6,121 nt of DNA, taken from positions 1-6,121 of the forward strand of contig CAZMCX010000034.1 of the NCBI GenBank assembly GCA_964565125.1, read 5' to 3'. Shown here in pieces: positions 5,797 through 6,121 of this stretch; position 1 is the stretch's first letter; every line of letters begins with the position of its first letter. Origin of the DNA: an uncultured archaeon (lineage in GTDB: Archaea; Iainarchaeota; Iainarchaeia; Iainarchaeales; 0-14-0-20-30-16). Made by a program: the position numbers and the translations under genes. The notes beneath the pieces are model-generated. The model had not been told where the DNA came from, searched no databases, and saw only the letters and a list, made by a program, of their open reading frames with translations.

Positions 5797-6121
5797 ATGG
5801 AAGAAACTATTGTGTTTATTGATGCCGGATTTTTATCTAAACTATCTAAGCATTTTGGTAACGGGAAGTATATTAAGCACAATATCGTAGGATTAGCCAA
5901 CAATCTTGCTAAAAAGCAAAATTTGGTTTGTGAAACTATATTTTATTATACGGCCCCTCCTTTTCAGTCATCACCTGCAACAGAACAAGAAAAAAAAATG
6001 AAAGAAGGCTATGATCGATTTATTATTTCTTTATCAAGTTATAAAAGAACAGTTGTTCGTCAAGGTAGATGTCAAAAGATAAGGAATAAACAAGGGGTAT
6101 TTGAATATAATCAAAAAGGGG
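5797..6121 (+). CDS. NYN / LabA-like (COG1432-type, PIN-fold) predicted ribonuclease. This is the N-terminal part; the ORF runs off the right edge.
   Basis: The ORF is not in the supplied track because it has no stop inside the window. Frame 1 is open from ATG 5797 to the edge (108 codons): MEETIVFIDAGFLSKLSKHFGNGKYIKHNIVGLANNLAKKQNLVCETIFYYTAPPF...YDRFIISLSSYKRTVVRQGRCQKIRNKQGVFEYNQKG. It matches the NYN pattern in four places. These are the N-terminal hydrophobic strand plus acidic residue (VFIDAGF), the YYtA strand, F..L......V..GR, and a final QKG at the point where the family has the conserved (E/Q)KGVD motif. An in-frame TGA at 5752-5754 limits upstream extension. Confidence 0.7.
   Translation, partial: MEETIVFIDAGFLSKLSKHFGNGKYIKHNIVGLANNLAKKQNLVCETIFYYTAPPFQSSPATEQEKKMKEGYDRFIISLSSYKRTVVRQGRCQKIRNKQGVFEYNQKG

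Noticed and set aside
5741-5890. 49-codon frame-2 ORF (MSPSDLVMGRWMILFIVVSW...) in the RHH-NYN gap, overlapping the NYN start
   Set aside because: It overlaps the much better supported NYN frame for about 90 nt and has no SD-like motif. Its hydrophobic composition looks like an out-of-frame artefact. A tiny membrane peptide cannot be formally excluded.
5990-5998. A9 homopolymer inside the NYN ORF, as a possible slippage or phase-variation site
   Set aside because: It simply encodes E-K-K in frame, and such runs are expected in AT-rich, Lys-rich coding sequence. There is no alternative frame continuing productively nearby.
1-6121. Alternative genetic code (UGA recoding, as in some candidate-phyla lineages)
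   Set aside because: TGA cleanly terminates ORF 4693..5124 six nt before the next start, and TAA and TAG terminate other well-formed genes. ileS and dys contain no in-frame stops of any kind, so the standard code fits.
1-6121. CRISPR arrays, tRNA/rRNA genes, transposase or integrase genes, terminal inverted repeats
   Set aside because: I found no spaced direct-repeat array, no cloverleaf-compatible segment in the short intergenic regions, and no ORF with recombinase-like motifs. The only repeats are the short local ones listed as features.

Overview
The window is visibly AT-rich prokaryotic DNA (GC not computed). TAA, TGA and TAG all end good ORFs, so it uses the standard genetic code. It splits into two parts. 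Part one (1-4600) is housekeeping. It holds an ORF with tentative PepSY-like repeats on the plus strand (81-629), whose 5' junction carries a perfect 14-bp tandem duplication. It also holds a minus-strand two-gene translation operon: an isoleucyl-tRNA synthetase with eukaryote-like (type 2) signature motifs (1732-4572), followed 12 nt later by deoxyhypusine synthase (712-1719). The deoxyhypusine synthase points to an archaeon, perhaps a small-genome DPANN-type lineage, but an AT-rich candidate-phyla bacterium cannot be excluded from sequence alone. Part two (4693-6121) is transcribed divergently from ileS and looks accessory, with four co-directional small genes. Two are tightly coupled orphans, one of 143 aa and one strongly basic, coiled-coil-like protein of 119 aa. 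The third is a 61-aa ribbon-helix-helix (RHH) DNA-binding protein preceded by a perfect palindrome. The fourth is an ORF missing from the supplied track because it runs off the right edge; it starts at 5797 and reads as the N-terminal part of an NYN/LabA-like (PIN-fold) ribonuclease. The RHH plus NYN pair, possibly with the two orphans, is the best candidate for an undescribed toxin-antitoxin-like or defence-type module. All family assignments come from motif recognition by eye, with no searches run. I found no tRNA, rRNA, CRISPR array or transposase.
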